Assembly (NCBI RefSeq): GCF_001194135.2
Contig: NC_068982.1
Location: 106,996,883-107,056,282 of the forward strand
From: Octopus bimaculoides
Taxonomy: Eukaryota
DNA length: 59,400 nucleotides
Reading direction: 5' to 3'
Shown here in pieces: positions 1 through 14,300 of the stretch. The notes below the pieces were generated by a model that had not been told where the DNA came from, did no database searches, and worked only from the letters and a program-made list of their open reading frames with translations. The first letter of the stretch is position 1; every line of letters begins with the position of its first letter. Made by a program: the position numbers and the translations under genes.

Positions 1-38
<38 letters not shown>

Positions 39-1164
39 TAACAATATCATGCTGATGATTATTACATAGTTTGTATTCTGTCACCAAACCTTTTGCATCA
101 GTAGAAAAAATTTCTTAAATCACACAATATAATTAACTTACCACTGTAAACAACAGCACTAACATTTATAGATGGTCTGTTAGCTTTATCTTCTAAATCC
201 AGCTTCATCCATGGACATAGTTTAGAGCAAGTGACTTATTCTAAATATACTATATGAAGATTCCCTATCAAACCTAAATAAAAGTTGGCATAATGAAATA
301 TGAATAAAATTGATAAATAATGAAGCTTTTTATGATACAATACATACATAGCACTAATTAGAAATGTCTATCAGTTTTGAATAGATTTCAGAACAGCTGT
401 TTTATAACAAGCAGTTCAAGATCAGACAGAAAGTCTAATGGCCTGGGCCAATACTAGCCAAAACCTATCAAAGTAAGACATGGACTTAACTCACATTATT
501 ATTATTAACAACAACAATGGTTCCTAATTTAGGCATAAGGTCACCAATTTTAAGTGATGAGTGTTAATTCAGTACTTGATTGGTAACCATATTTTATTAG
601 TCCTGGAAGGTGAAAGGCAAAGTTGACTCTGGTGGAATTTGAATTTGAAATGTGGAGATGAACAAATGGCACAAGGCATTTGTCTCATGTGCTAATGATT
701 CTGTCAAGCCAAATAATAATCATTGTTATAATTAGGTACAAGGCCAGCAATTTCAAGGGGAAAGGTACCATTGACTCCAGTACTTGACAGGTACTTTATT
801 TTATTGATCCTGAAAGGATTACAAAGTTGATCTCAGAGGGGTTTGAATTCAGAATGTAAGATCTAGAATAAATACTGTAAGGCATTTCGTCTGGTGTACC
901 AACAAGTCCACCAATTCAAATAATAATAAAACACAAAAGAGGGGGGGGGGCGGAAAAGTGATATTTGAGATCTATACTATCAGGGTGCTTAGTTAAATGA
1001 GTAAATCTCATGAAAAGAATAAATCTGAAATAAAACAAAAAACAAGCAAAAAAAAACATGAAAGAAAACTCAAGACATAACTTTGTAGAAAGGATTCATA
1101 TATTACAAAGCAAATACAGAGACATTGGCCTGGAATGAAATAGAAATTCTAAAATAATTTGTTC

Positions 1165-2355
1165 CTATCTTCTGTTTTGTCGACCTGTTATTCTTACTGT
1201 GGCTAGGCCAGGATTTGCGTTTGCATTCATCTTATTTTGAACTGGCGGTAAAGTATTTCGAGGTAGTGGCAGGCGGCTTGGGCTTGTGGTTCCTGGAGGA
1301 GGGGGTGCTGAATACCCAGCGGGGGGAGGATAATGTGGTGGTGGTGGTTGCTGGTACAAGTTAGCTGAAGGTTTTCCTGGAGTTAATTGTGGCTTGTAAG
1401 CAGCTGGTGAATCAGCGTAAGGTTGGGTTGGCGGGGGTGGGTAGTTGGGTTGATAATTGGTCTGTAAGGGAGGAGGGTAGTTAGGGGCTTGGTAATTACC
1501 ACTGAGATTAGGTGGTGGTGGTGGAGGTGGTGGGCCACTTGTAGGAGGCACTGCTGTAGCACCCTGTGGAGGATATGTACCAGGTGGGGCAGGAGGAGGG
1601 TATTGATACAAATTAGCATTTTGTGGAGGCAAGGTTCCTGGTGGTGGATAGGGTCTGGTTGTGGGAGTAAAGGCAGCTGCTGGTTGCGGAGGGAATGGTG
1701 GAACTTGATAAGTTCCAGCTGGTGGGGGTGGAGGTGGATACTGTGATGCTGGAGGGTTAACCGATCCAGACTGAATATCAGCTACTTGCGATGGCCGGCT
1801 TTGGCTGATTAATGACTGAATAGACTGTGCTCCCTCATGTGACATGAAAGAGGAAGAATACATCTGTGATGTCATATATGGGTTATACTGGGAAAAGTTT
1901 TCACTGTTGACATTTTGGTTATCATTCACAGGAATCAGTGAACCTGAAGGCTGGTTCACAATATTTTGACCTGTAATGGCTCCGATTGGTTGACCGATAT
2001 TTTGTCCAGGTAACTGTTGTGATAGAGTTGGATTTTGCTGTTGAGAGGGTTGTGGCTGTAGTGGCAGGTTCTGTGATGTAGATTGAACTGTTATTGATGC
2101 TACAGATTTGGAAAATCCAGATGAAGGTGTATTAGAAGACACAGGGGAGGTCTTGGAGCTTGAACAAGAAGTAGATTGCTGCTGCTGCTGTTGTTGTTGT
2201 TGTAGCTGTGGTTGCTGCTGCTGAGCTGAGCTACGTTTGTTGTTGTTGTTGTCGTCATTAACTGGCATCTCAGAGGAGGATGATGATGAAGAAGAAGCAT
2301 CATTTCTTAAACTCCTGCTTTGTTTTGCAGGGGGTTCTGATGGAGATGGAGGTGT
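1165..2355 (-). CDS. CCNK: Cyclin K terminal exon: Ser/Asn/Gln/Pro-rich low-complexity tail, 396 aa
   Basis: Acceptor TTTTATTTCCTGCCAG at 2356; open to TAG at 1165; contains [23 protein letters not shown], resembling the vertebrate [22 protein letters not shown] segment, plus polyproline repeats. Confidence 0.9.
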   Translation of the reverse strand, partial: TPPSPSEPPAKQSRSLRNDASSSSSSSSEMPVNDDNNNNKRSSAQQQQPQLQQQQQQQQQSTSCSSSKTSPVSSNTPSSGFSKSVASITVQSTSQNLPLQPQPSQQQNPTLSQQLPGQNIGQPIGAITGQNIVNQPSGSLIPVNDNQNVNSENFSQYNPYMTSQMYSSSFMSHEGAQSIQSLISQSRPSQVADIQSGSVNPPASQYPPPPPPAGTYQVPPFPPQPAAAFTPTTRPYPPPGTLPPQNANLYQYPPPAPPGTYPPQGATAVPPTSGPPPPPPPPNLSGNYQAPNYPPPLQTNYQPNYPPPPTQPYADSPAAYKPQLTPGKPSANLYQQPPPPHYPPPAGYSAPPPPGTTSPSRLPLPRNTLPPVQNKMNANANPGLATVRITGRQNRR

Positions 2356-5300
2356 CTGGCAGGAAATAAAATAAAACAACAAAATTACTTTCCTATAAAA
2401 AATAACATAAAATATAAATAAATTTATGTAATTCATACAATTCTATCTTAAAAGAACAGCAATATCACAATTGAATAAAGCAATATTTTATTTTAGATCG
2501 AATATATCTGACATAGAGGCACAGAAGTGGCTGTGTGGTAAGTAGCTTGCTTACCAACCACATGGTTCCGGGTTCATTCCCACTGCATGGCATCTTGAGC
2601 AAGTGTATCCTACTATAGCCTCGGGCCGACCAAAGCCTTGTGAGTGGATTGGTAGACGGAAACTGAAAGAAGCCTGTCGTATATGTGTATGTGTGTCTGT
2701 GTTTGTCCCCCCAACATCGCTTGACAACCGATGCTGGTGTGTTTACGTCCCTGTAACTTAGTGGTTCGGCAAAAGAGACCGATAGAATAAGTACTAGGCT
2801 TACAAAGAATAAGTCCTGGGGTCGATTTGCTCGACTGAAGGCGGTGCTCCAGCATGGCCGCAGTCAAATGACTGAAACAAGTAAAAGAGTAAAAGAGTAT
2901 ATATTGGGTAAAACTGGCTTGATCATGACTGTGCAGCTTATCAATTACAATAATGTAATACAAGAGATTAAATACTTCTGATCGAAATTCTAATAGCAGT
3001 TTCACTGAAAATATCACTAAAATATGGTACAAGTTATTCTTCAGTATGGAAACAACACAAGCTGAACTGTTAAGATTTTCATATAATCCATTTCACTTAT
3101 AACCTAATCCTGGAAAAATGTGGTCAAAATCAGCAACCTGGAGAATATTGAGTTCCACCAAGTTGACACATCTTTAGCACACTACATGAAAATAAAGAGT
3201 GTACTGGAGCCTTTATTTAACCAATAATGGATAGTGGGCATATTTTCTTTGTTTATCTTTTACTTGTTTTAGTCTCTGGATTCTGGCCATGCTGAGGCAC
3301 CGATTTGAAGGGTTTAACAGAAAAAAAAAAAAAAAAAAAAAAAAATCAATCCCAGTACTTGTTTTTTGTTAAGCCTCTTCTTACCAAACCACAAAGTTAC
3401 AGGGATGTAAACAAACCAATATTGGTTAAGTGGTGGTATGGGGACAAACACGCACACACACAACAGACTTCTTTCAGTTTCTGCCTATCAAAACCACTAA
3501 CAAAGCTTTGGTCAGGCCTAAGCTATTGTAGAAGACACCTGCCCAAAGTATCATGCAGTCAGACTGAACCTGGAACCATGTGGTTGAGAAATCTTTAAAA
3601 TATGCAATACATTTTTATGATAAATTTAAGCTTCAACCAAGAACATTTTTTTCACACATGGAAGAGAAAAAATACACATATTTACAGCCTTGGATCTTTT
3701 AATAGCAGACATCTGTGGAGATTTACTAGACGATATGTTATTGCTTTGACGTGGAGCATTCATGGGTGGAGATTCTTCTCGTTTCTGAGAGTTTGTGGAG
3801 TATAAATCAAGAACTTGATGGCATATATCTGTGAAATAAGAGGAAAATATAAACCAATCAAAACATACAAAACAGGTAGAAAATTAATTTTTGTTTTGTT
3901 TCACTTTCGATCCCACATAACTTTGATACATTTCAAAAACTGAATAAATTCTTTGTCATTTTTAAGTTTACAGTTTCTCTTTTACTTCAAATAATCATAA
4001 GTCAAGTGAAAGGAACAGATTTCAATTCGAAAATGTAACAGAGCAAAACTAACTTAAGAGTGCACAGAAAATTAACCTTTCCAGTTTGTTCAGATTTGTT
4101 TCAGATAATTTTCACTTGAGGAATCTTCAAGTGTATTAAAAAATTATTGATCTGAATGAGAAAATGCTCGATTTAGAAAACTGCTAACAAACAAGCTCTT
4201 TCTTAACAAACAAGTTTTTAAAAAAAAGGCATAAGCCCTGCTTGATCTGTAGAAAAAGTGTAGATAGAAACTCCATAAGATGTACTCAGTGTAAACTATG
4301 GACACATAAGAGGTGCAGCAGCATCAAAGGAAGATAGCTTTCGTGCGCGGCAGATGCACAGGGGCAATAAACACTACAGATGCTCAGAAAACAGATTCCA
4401 TCACATGCCAGGGAGAGAAACTAGAAGTAGTTGATAGCTTCCGCTACCTATGTGACCAAGTTTGTAGTGGAGGGTGGGTGGATGCTCAGAGAGTGTTACC
4501 ATGAGAATAAGAATAGCCTGGGCAAAGTTCAGAAAGCTTCTAACCCTACTGGTGACAAAGGGCTTCTTGCTCAGAGTGAAAGGTAGATTGTACGATGCAT
4601 GTGTGTGAACTGCCATGCTTCACAGCAATGAAACATGGGCCGTGACTGCTGAAGACATGCGTAAGCTCAAAAGAAATGAAGCTAGCATGATCCGCTGGAT
4701 GTGTAATGTCAGTGTGCACACATGACAGAGTGTAAGCGCCCACAGAGAAATGTTGGACATAAGAAGCATCAGATGTAGTGTGCAAGAGAGACGTTTGCGT
4801 TGGTATGGTCATGTACTACAGATGGATGAGGAGATCTGTGTGAAGAAGTGCCACTCCCAAACAGTGGAAAGAATCTGGGATAGAGGGAGACCCAAGAAAA
4901 CACGAGATGAGGTGGTGAAGCATGACCTTCGAGCATTGCGCCTCACAGAGGCAATGACAAAAGACCGAGACCTCTGGAGATATGCTGTGACTGAGAAGAC
5001 CTGGCAAATAAAGTGAGTTCACAGCTGTATCCTACACCAGTGTGGCATAACCAGCCCACTCAAAAGTACCTTGGATCATACAGTGACATGCCGTGTTTGA
5101 GGAGACCTATTGTGTCAAGTACATCAAAATCAAATGGAAATTGTAGTTGTGATCCCCGTGCCGGTGGCATTTAAAGAGCACCATCCAAATGTGGCCGATG
5201 CCAGCACTGCCTTGACTGGCTTCCGTGTTGGTGGCATGTAAAAAGCACCAACCAATCGTGGTTGTTGCCAGCCCCCTTGGCACATAAAAAGCACCCACTA

Positions 5301-8300
5301 CACTCTGAATGGTTGACGTTAGGAAGGGCATCCAGCTGTAGAAACACTACCAGATCAGTCTGGAGTCTGGTGCAGCCTCCTGGCTTCCCAGACCCCAGTC
5401 AAACCGTCAAACCCATGCCAGCATGGAAAACGGACGTTAAACGATGTTGATGAACCTTGGAAAGGACAAAAGGTGAAAATCAACACTGGTGGAACTTAAT
5501 CCCAAAGAATTTTGTTCAGTGTTTTGTCAAGCTATCCAACCACTGCTTTTAATAACAATAATAGCAGCTACTGCTACCAAATTTCATGCCAGTATTGATG
5601 GACAGGTTTGTAACACAATATTTCCACATCTATCTGTGTTAATTGTAAGAGTTTATCAATAAAACCTAATATTCTGAGAACTTGCATATTTCCTTTACTT
5701 ATTATGCTTTGTCAGGTGCAGGTGCCTTATAGTAAACCTCCTTTGCATGTTTTATGTATTCACAATACATATCTATTTTAGTAAGGCTGTCTCTGAAGCC
5801 TAGAAATAAAAATTGTTAATAGATATTATTTCAAACTTGTAAAAAAAACAAAAAATATTACAAACCTTCCATAAGTTCCATGGTAATACCTTCTACAAAC
5901 CATTCCCACCATTTCATTCGGCTACCAGGTGGTTTACCATCCCATTCTTGGATATCAAATTTTGATAGTCGACTAGCTAGATACATGAGTGACACAGCAA
6001 TAATCTCTGCTTCCCACTGCAGACACAGTGTTGTACATAAACTGAAATGATAGCATGACATTATTTACATAATGAATTAAGGAAATAGAGTACAAGCAAC
6101 TTTTACTGGTTTCAATATTTTTAATCTTTGTATTAGTTTCCACTGGATTAGTCAACATTCCTTGATACATGTTGATCCTGTACCTCTAATGAATCTTGTT
6201 CGTTATTTACAAATCTAACATATTTTTCCCATGTTTTTAATGGTGGAATTTGATCCATGTAGCCTATACCATCAACTCATCACACCTTTTCATCCAGCAT
6301 ATTTTGTTCACACAAGAACAACTGTCTTTCATGCACTTAACAATTTTCCGTATGCCATCTATTTACCACACAGTAGACTTTTTCTTTTATTCTTTTATTT
6401 GTTTCAGTCATTTGACTGCAGCCATGCTGGAGCACCGCCTTTAGTCGAGCAAATCGAACCCAGGACTTCTTCTTTGGAAGCCTAGTACTTATCCTATCAG
6501 TCTCTCTTGCCGGACTGCTAAGTGACAGGGACGTAAACACAACAGCATCGGTTGTCAAGTGATGTTGGGGGGACAAACATAGACACACAAACATATACAT
6601 ATATGACGGGCTTCTTTCAGTTTCTGTCTACCAAATCCACTCACATGGCTTTGGTCGGCCCGAGGCTATAGCAGAAGACACTTGCCCAAGGTGCCACGCA
6701 GTGGGACAACCCAGAACCATATGGTTGGTAAGCAAGCTACTTACCACACAGCCACTCCTGTTTAACTTTGTATACATATGAAGTTATACAGTTTAGAGAA
6801 GGAACGGGCAATGTATTTATCTTAACCTATTTAAGAGAAGATTTATTATGTGGCTGTAAAACAAACTGTAAATGTCTGACTTTGTAAACATGTTCAACTT
6901 ACATAAGTATGGAACAAAATAGAAGAGATGTAAACAAAATGTAAATAATGTCCTAATGTCTTGCAAATATAGTAAATCAATAACTGATAGAAACTGAAAT
7001 ATATGACATGTATTTTCGTTTCTCATGTGTAGAGTCCAAATATATTTTAAATTATCCTTTTTGTTTTTATTTTACTGTAATTTTCTTTAATATAAGCCAG
7101 AAAAAAGAACAAAACACTTACTGGTCATTGATAAAAGTCCAAGCCATTTGTACCATACTCTGGATTTTAGCTTTGTCTCCTAAAAAATAAGAGATAAATA
7201 TCTTTTTGTATTAAGATAAAGCTGGCAATAAAAACGATTTCTGCACTGAAGTTCTTAAAAAGGGTCTTTAGACAAAGAAAATAAGTTATGATAATTCCAA
7301 TAACTTTTGGGCTTCTTCCAGAAACATATGCTGTGTATGTGGCAAGAGGCTTGCTTCCCAACCATGTGGCACCTGGAACAAGTTTCACCTACTATAGCCT
7401 GGGCTGACCAGAACCTTCTGAGTGGATTGGGTAGACAGAAACTGAAAGAAGCCTGTGGTATTATATATATATATATATATATATACATACACACACATAC
7501 AGTCTAACCTGTCAATAATGAACTTTTTGTTTCACGAAATTTTTGAAAGTTCGTAATTGAGTGAGTTTTTAATATAAATATGTCAATAACAAACTTTTTT
7601 TTTGAGAAAAAGTCATGAATTTAAGTTGTTTTCAGGTATTTATTTACCTTATGATTTTTTAATAACATTTTAAAAGAAAAGTTGGTTATTTTGACATTAT
7701 GAAAAAAAAACAAAAAAACGAAAAAAAGAAAAACAATGTAAAAACAAAAGATGTAAAAATTTAAATTTAAGATTTGTGTTCTTATCTATGATGCTCAATT
7801 CTTCTTTGCAGGTGTCATAAATTCAAAAATCTTTTTTTGTCTCTTTCTACTGTTAAGTAGGCTGTTACTATCTTTTTCTGCTGAACATGTGCTTTAAACT
7901 TACAGGATAAACCACTGAACTGAGAATTTTAAGTTCATTGATTAATTTAAAGTAGTTTTTAAAATCAGCTTTCCTCTTCCATATCATTATTTAGATTTGG
8001 AATTTATCATCTGACTTGTAAAATTTTTTGTTTCATCTGGATTTCATAACTTTTTAGTTCAGTTTAAGTAACGGTATCATACTTTAATTCCTTAAGTTCC
8101 TGAAGTACAACTCATATTCCCCATTTTCTAAACTCAATCCAACTGATGTTAAAATCTCCACTCATTTGAATTCTGTATTAGGAGACATGAATTTTTCCAG
8201 CAATTTACAATTGTCTCTTTTACAACCAAATCCCATGCCTGGACTGACCAAAAAATACCACCCAATAATGATGTTCCTTTTGAATTGACACTTTTGCATC

Positions 8301-11300
8301 TTTATTAACCAAACTTTTAATAAAAATCATACTGTAGTTGCACTTGAATGACCAAATTATTCCTTGGTCTAAAGGTTGTCAATTTGTAGTTGTGTTCAGG
8401 AGTAGAAAAAAAAGTTCTATATTTGAAAAGCTTTGTTGTTTGTGGCATGCTGCATTACCAAGGAGCAATAATACTGTTTTCTGTTCTTTAAAAAATTCGT
8501 AATCGATTTTTTTTAGGTAAAATGAAAATATGTTTTTCATCATCCATGCCATATTGTTGTTTTTATAATAAAATTCCCGTTCCAAAATGTCAATATTCTT
8601 GAAACAACGAGGTTTAAGACTTTTTCCAATAAAAAGGGGTTTTAACTTGTCACCAGTTGCACTACATGTTAATAATATTATAATTCTCTCTCTTGATTTC
8701 TTTAATTTTGTATTATCATTGTTAGGAAAAACATAACTTTTAGTCGGCAATTTTTTGTAGACCAATGCAGTTTCATTTGTGTTAAAGATATTTTCTGCAT
8801 TATATTCAATAAGTTTGGCTTTAAATTTACAACAAAATTCATTTATATCATTTTCAGACATGTTAACTTTAGTACCAGTTCGTTTTAAATTTAAATTATA
8901 TCTTTTTTTCATGTTTAAATTCTTTCCCGATTGAAGTATATCATAAGTACATATTTTTTTCTCTTTTTTTAAAGTTCAGATATTGTTGACTTATGAGCAT
9001 CACTGTCATACAAGTGGTGCTGTTAGGTTCCAGTCTTCCATGACAAACATGCCTGGCCAGGGGGAAATATTAACTTACTTAGAAGCAGATAAGGGTTGGC
9101 AATAGAAAGGGCATCCAATCATAGAATGTCTGCCTCAAAGAGTTCCTTCTAACCCAAGCAAATATGGAAAAGTAGATGTTAAAATGATGATGACATACAT
9201 GTGGCAGACTTCCATATTGTTTCTGTCAACCAATTTTTACCCACAAAACATTGGTTAACTTGAGACTAAGTTACAAGACATACACTCAAGGTGCTGCACA
9301 GTAGGCTCAAACTCAGAACAATGTAGTTGCAGAGTGAAGTACACAGCCATAAGCAGATGTGTAATACACATCCTGAGAAACAGATGTAAATGAAATGACA
9401 ACTGGCTTAAATAGGTAGGGAAATATTAAACCAATTATGATGTTAATAATTAAATAAACTGAAACATAAGTTTAACACACATATCCACCTAAGGAAAATA
9501 GTGGATGACTTAAATACTCATTTAATATAAAATGAGCTGTGAACAGGTCTTCCTGAGAGAAAAGTAATCACTGTAACTAACATTCCCATATAATATTGTG
9601 ACATGCTACCCTCGAAAAGGAAGTTTTCATACTATACATAATCTATAAATTACTCTAATTCATAGTAGAAGTTACCAAACTGCATTTGGACAAAATACTT
9701 CAAGTTACATAAAACAATTTTGTTATCATAAATTACATCTTTCAATGACTGTTAAGAGCAATAAGGAACTTACCTTTTAAAATTTTGGCAAATTTTAGAA
9801 GAAAACTATATGGATGCTCCAAACGCAAGTCAAATTTGATTGTCTGTAACAAAATTCTTTCAAGAGTCATCACTTCTTCCTAAAAAAGAGAGTAAAAGTG
9901 TAAACAAAAGCTTTGACAGAGATGCAGATGTGTGTACGAGAGAGACAGAGAGGGAGACTTTTAGCACAGATTACTGCTTGGAAACAAAATGTAAACCTGG
10001 GTATGAAATACAGGGGTTGGACAAAATAATGGAAACACCTTAAAATTGCAAACAAATTTATTTTAATATGGGGTAAGACCAACTTTGGCAGTAATTACAG
10101 CTTGAATTCTACGAGGTATGGACTTGTACAAAGATTGAATTGTTTCCAAAGGAATTTTTGTCCATTCTTCAGCTAAAACTGTCTCCAGTTCTTGTAGTGA
10201 TGATGGTGGAGGATATCAACTCCTTATTTGTTTTTCTAAAATGCACAATAAATGTTCAATAATATTGAGATCTGGAGACTGTGGTGGCCAGATAAGATGT
10301 TCAACTTCACTAAAATGTTCCTCGTGCCATTCTAGCTGTGTAAATTGGTGCATTGTCATCCTGAAAAATTGTGTTTCCCTCTGGAAACAGTTCCGCAACC
10401 ATAAGATGAATTTGATCAGATAAAATGCTTAAATGATCTTGACTATTAATTCTGCCATGAAGGGAAACCATTGAGCTGGTAGATTTCCAAGATATAACCC
10501 CCAGATCGTCACAGATCCTCCTCCATGTTTAACAGTTGGAAGAAGGCAGAGTGGATCAAAGTATCCAGATTTGGCCTCTCACATCTACCTTACAATGTCA
10601 AATTAAAAATAAACAATTGTATCATCAAAATCTTGAAGCTATGAAATAACGCATGATTAACTCAAAATACTGTGAATAAATCTTTTACAGTTGACAGATC
10701 AATCTGAATTCGAAAGGGTTAATGCAAACTTGTATTATATTTGAAATTGCAGGTCCTATGTCTTAATCATTTCAAGACAAAGATAAAACAGTTATAGCAA
10801 CAAAGTTCACTGCAAACACTATCATTTGTTACGAGTTAGACAAACCATGGCATACTAAGTGTATTAGATCACTGAATTACTTCAAGTAATCTTATGAATT
10901 TCTACGACCGTGGAAAAAAAAATCAATGGTAACAATATTTAGTTGTCATCTTTGACTTGCCAACAAGTGTTTTCCATTTTGTACATACAATAATCTGTAA
11001 ATGTAGAGGTTGAAAAAGAGATTTTCTAAATGCCTTCACTTACTTTAGGATCATCTCCAAAAACAGCAAACTGCTGAGGTGTCAGTAAACTTTGACATAT
11101 TTTAATGATATCTTTACATTTCTTTGGTGTTTCTTCAACCTTCCCAGCGAGGAATAAGCAACAAGCTCCAGTTACCTAATAACAAACACCAGAAAAATTA
11201 CTGAAATTTTTATAAATATAATATTCATATTTTTTTTAATAACTGCTAAATATAACTCATTCTATTACAAACATTATTAAAAATAGCAAATGCATTCTAT

Positions 11301-14300
11301 AAGAAAAATAAAAAAAAGACTGAAGCGTATTTGAAATGTGTGTATACAGTTAAAGGTAAAATTAAGCTATATGAAACCAAGATGATTTCTAAGACCATAA
11401 AAACGATTTTAGTGAAGCTTCGTTTTGATTTATTTATTTCCCAATGATTTAATACCAAATATCTTATAGATATTTTAATAATTTCCACACTACTAACCTC
11501 AACTTTAAAGTGTATATTTACACTATCCCTATCTACATTATGTTCCTGTCAAGTTGATGTCAAATTTCCATTTGATGTTCCAAAATATATTTTGTACAAG
11601 CTGAAGTCTCTAATCAAAACTTGACTTCAATTATGCAATTGGGCCCCTGACTGGTTCCATATGATGGCTAAATCTTCATAAACAAAAATTTTGCCTTTAG
11701 AAGAATACTGAATCTACATCCATCTTTCATGTAAGCTAATATGGGATGATATTTGTAAATTTAGATATATATCCAAATAGTATACATATGTATACTATTG
11801 TAATAGATTCTACAACTGATGCCCTTCCAACTGATTGCTCAACCATTATATGTAGGAGTAAAATTTGCTGTCAACATGAGTGAATGAACAAGCTGGTTGT
11901 ACCTCATCATAGCATACAAGACAAAGGCTGTGGTTAAATTTGTGCTTATATGTATGGGATGCTGCTGCAACACATACATTTTAAAATCTCAACCGAAAGA
12001 AGTTCATTCAACTGTTGGTCAATGATCCTCACCAACATTCTGCAATCACAAGCCTTGTGAGGCATAATTTCAACATTTTGCTTCTTTTATTATTATTACT
12101 ACAGCCTTGACTCTTCTGAACCAGCAAGTTGGATATCATTACCACCCAGGCCTACTTATCATTTGTATTAAATACTTCATCTAATTGTTCCTTCCTATGA
12201 CTGCAACCCCCATGGAATTTCCTCCCTATGTACACTTTTCCTGCAGACATTGACCTACAAAATGAATCTCAACCACATTAATTTCACCAGTCTGGGAGGG
12301 TTTATAAAAGCCAGAAGAACTGCCTCTCATCCGCCTTAACAGAATACCCTAGCCCAACAACTATTATATTTTAATAAGTATTTTTATTTTTTACTTACAT
12401 AACGATGGAACTCTCGGAATGAATGCAACATATAAAATCTGTGGAAATATACCACACCTGTACCACATGTATCAAATCTTCTGTGACAATGTTAAGAAAA
12501 ATAGGTTACATTAATCAAGCAAAAACAAAATGATTCTTTTCCTTATCACTTTCCTAAAATAAGAGAAAATATATTATGAAAAATAAATACGTAGATAAGA
12601 AGGTGATAAAATTTCTTAATCATTAAATGAGATGATTCCAGTTTAATCTCAAAATTATTGTGTGTAAGGAACAATGGAATCATGTACCAAAGTGTTAGTC
12701 CATTTTATGTCCACTTTTCCTGCTGGAAAGAGTTGGATGGATTGTCTAAATCAGATTTTATTTAGAGTTACTACCTTCCTAGGTGGGTTAGAGGATCACA
12801 TCTCACTCATTTTATTTTGGCTTGGTTTCAATGGCAGACAATGTGACTAGAAGGTGAGTTGATGAGAGAGCAATGACAGATGGATCAGCATAAGTGGTTG
12901 AAGGGAGCAAAGGTATCATGGTAGAAACAGAGAGCAATTGTGTGGAAGGGAATGATAGTTAGCAGTAGACAATGGCAAGAGCGAGTGATGGATATCAAGA
13001 GAAGAAGGAATGCTGATTAGCAGTAGAGAAATGGTAATGGTAAAGTGTATCAAGTACAAGTACACCAATGCAATTTCTTATACATAGGCCAAGTTATGAG
13101 AGAGTAATGAATTCTTTATTGCATTGAACACAGCTAGAGGATCATGGCAGCTAATACACATAGAACTGCTTCAAAAATCCTTCCCTCTCAGCAACAACTG
13201 TCTTGAATTCTCACCCATTCATGTTTTCCATGCAGTTGTTCTAACTAAACATTATTTTAATCTCATTAATTTCAGAGAATTTGCAAAGATCATGTGCAGA
13301 GCCACTTCTTACTCATTAAACCACAGAAAAAATATATACCTAAGCTCATTATGAACAGATCCACACCTGACATATAGATCTCATACTGCAGATAGTAAAG
13401 TATTCAATCCTAGCAGACTCCATGCCAAAACAAAGGCCATGACAACATCAGTACACAGATAATGCCATAGTGCAACTTCCACAGACAATTAATGACATGT
13501 AGACACATATGAGAATATTGCTCTACTGGCAACACAAAGTTTTGCATTAACAAGTACTCAACAGGTAGGAACCCTGTTTAGTCATTCATATATATGGATA
13601 GATGGAGGAAAATGTAAAGCACTTCCAATATCTGGGTAGTCATTTATTACAGAATGCAGATACCAATGAGATCCAACACAGAATAAAAACATACTGGTGC
13701 ACCTTTAATCATCTGGGGAGGTAGCAGTATATTTATTGTCATCATAGTTTTAACATCCAAATTTTAATGCTAGCATACTGGTTTTCAAGAATGCCAAAAC
13801 AAGGATACACAAACCCACACACAATAGATTTTTTTCCAGTTTTTGTCTACAAAGTTCACTCACAAGACTTTGGTTGAACCAAAAGCTTTAATAGAATGTA
13901 TTTGCCCAAAGTGCCATGAAGTGCAACAGAACCCAAAACCATGTAGCTGGGAAAGCAAATTTCTTAATCACAGAGACAATACTGCATTCGTAAATACCTT
14001 GTTTTTTTAAAAATGTATTTACTATCTTTTCAAACAGATGTACGAATAGCATTTTCTGTTATTAATGCTGTTGCATTATTCAACACTGGATTTGAACATG
14101 CCACATTACAAGTCAAATACATCCTCCATTCATTTTCCCCAAACCAATCTAATTGCAGCTTGAGTTTGTAGAATATAAAGTATTTTTGGGGTTTGTTTAT
14201 CTTGCAAATAAGAAAAAATATGAAGACATTATGAGCAATAGGTGCAGGAGTGGTTGTGTGGTAAGTAGCTTGCTTACCAACTACATGGTTCCGATTTCAG

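Noticed and set aside
2356-2436. First 27 aa ([11 protein letters not shown]) of the 423-aa ORF as a stand-alone protein start
   Set aside because: It is the intron's pyrimidine tract and acceptor; the ORF is the last CCNK exon.
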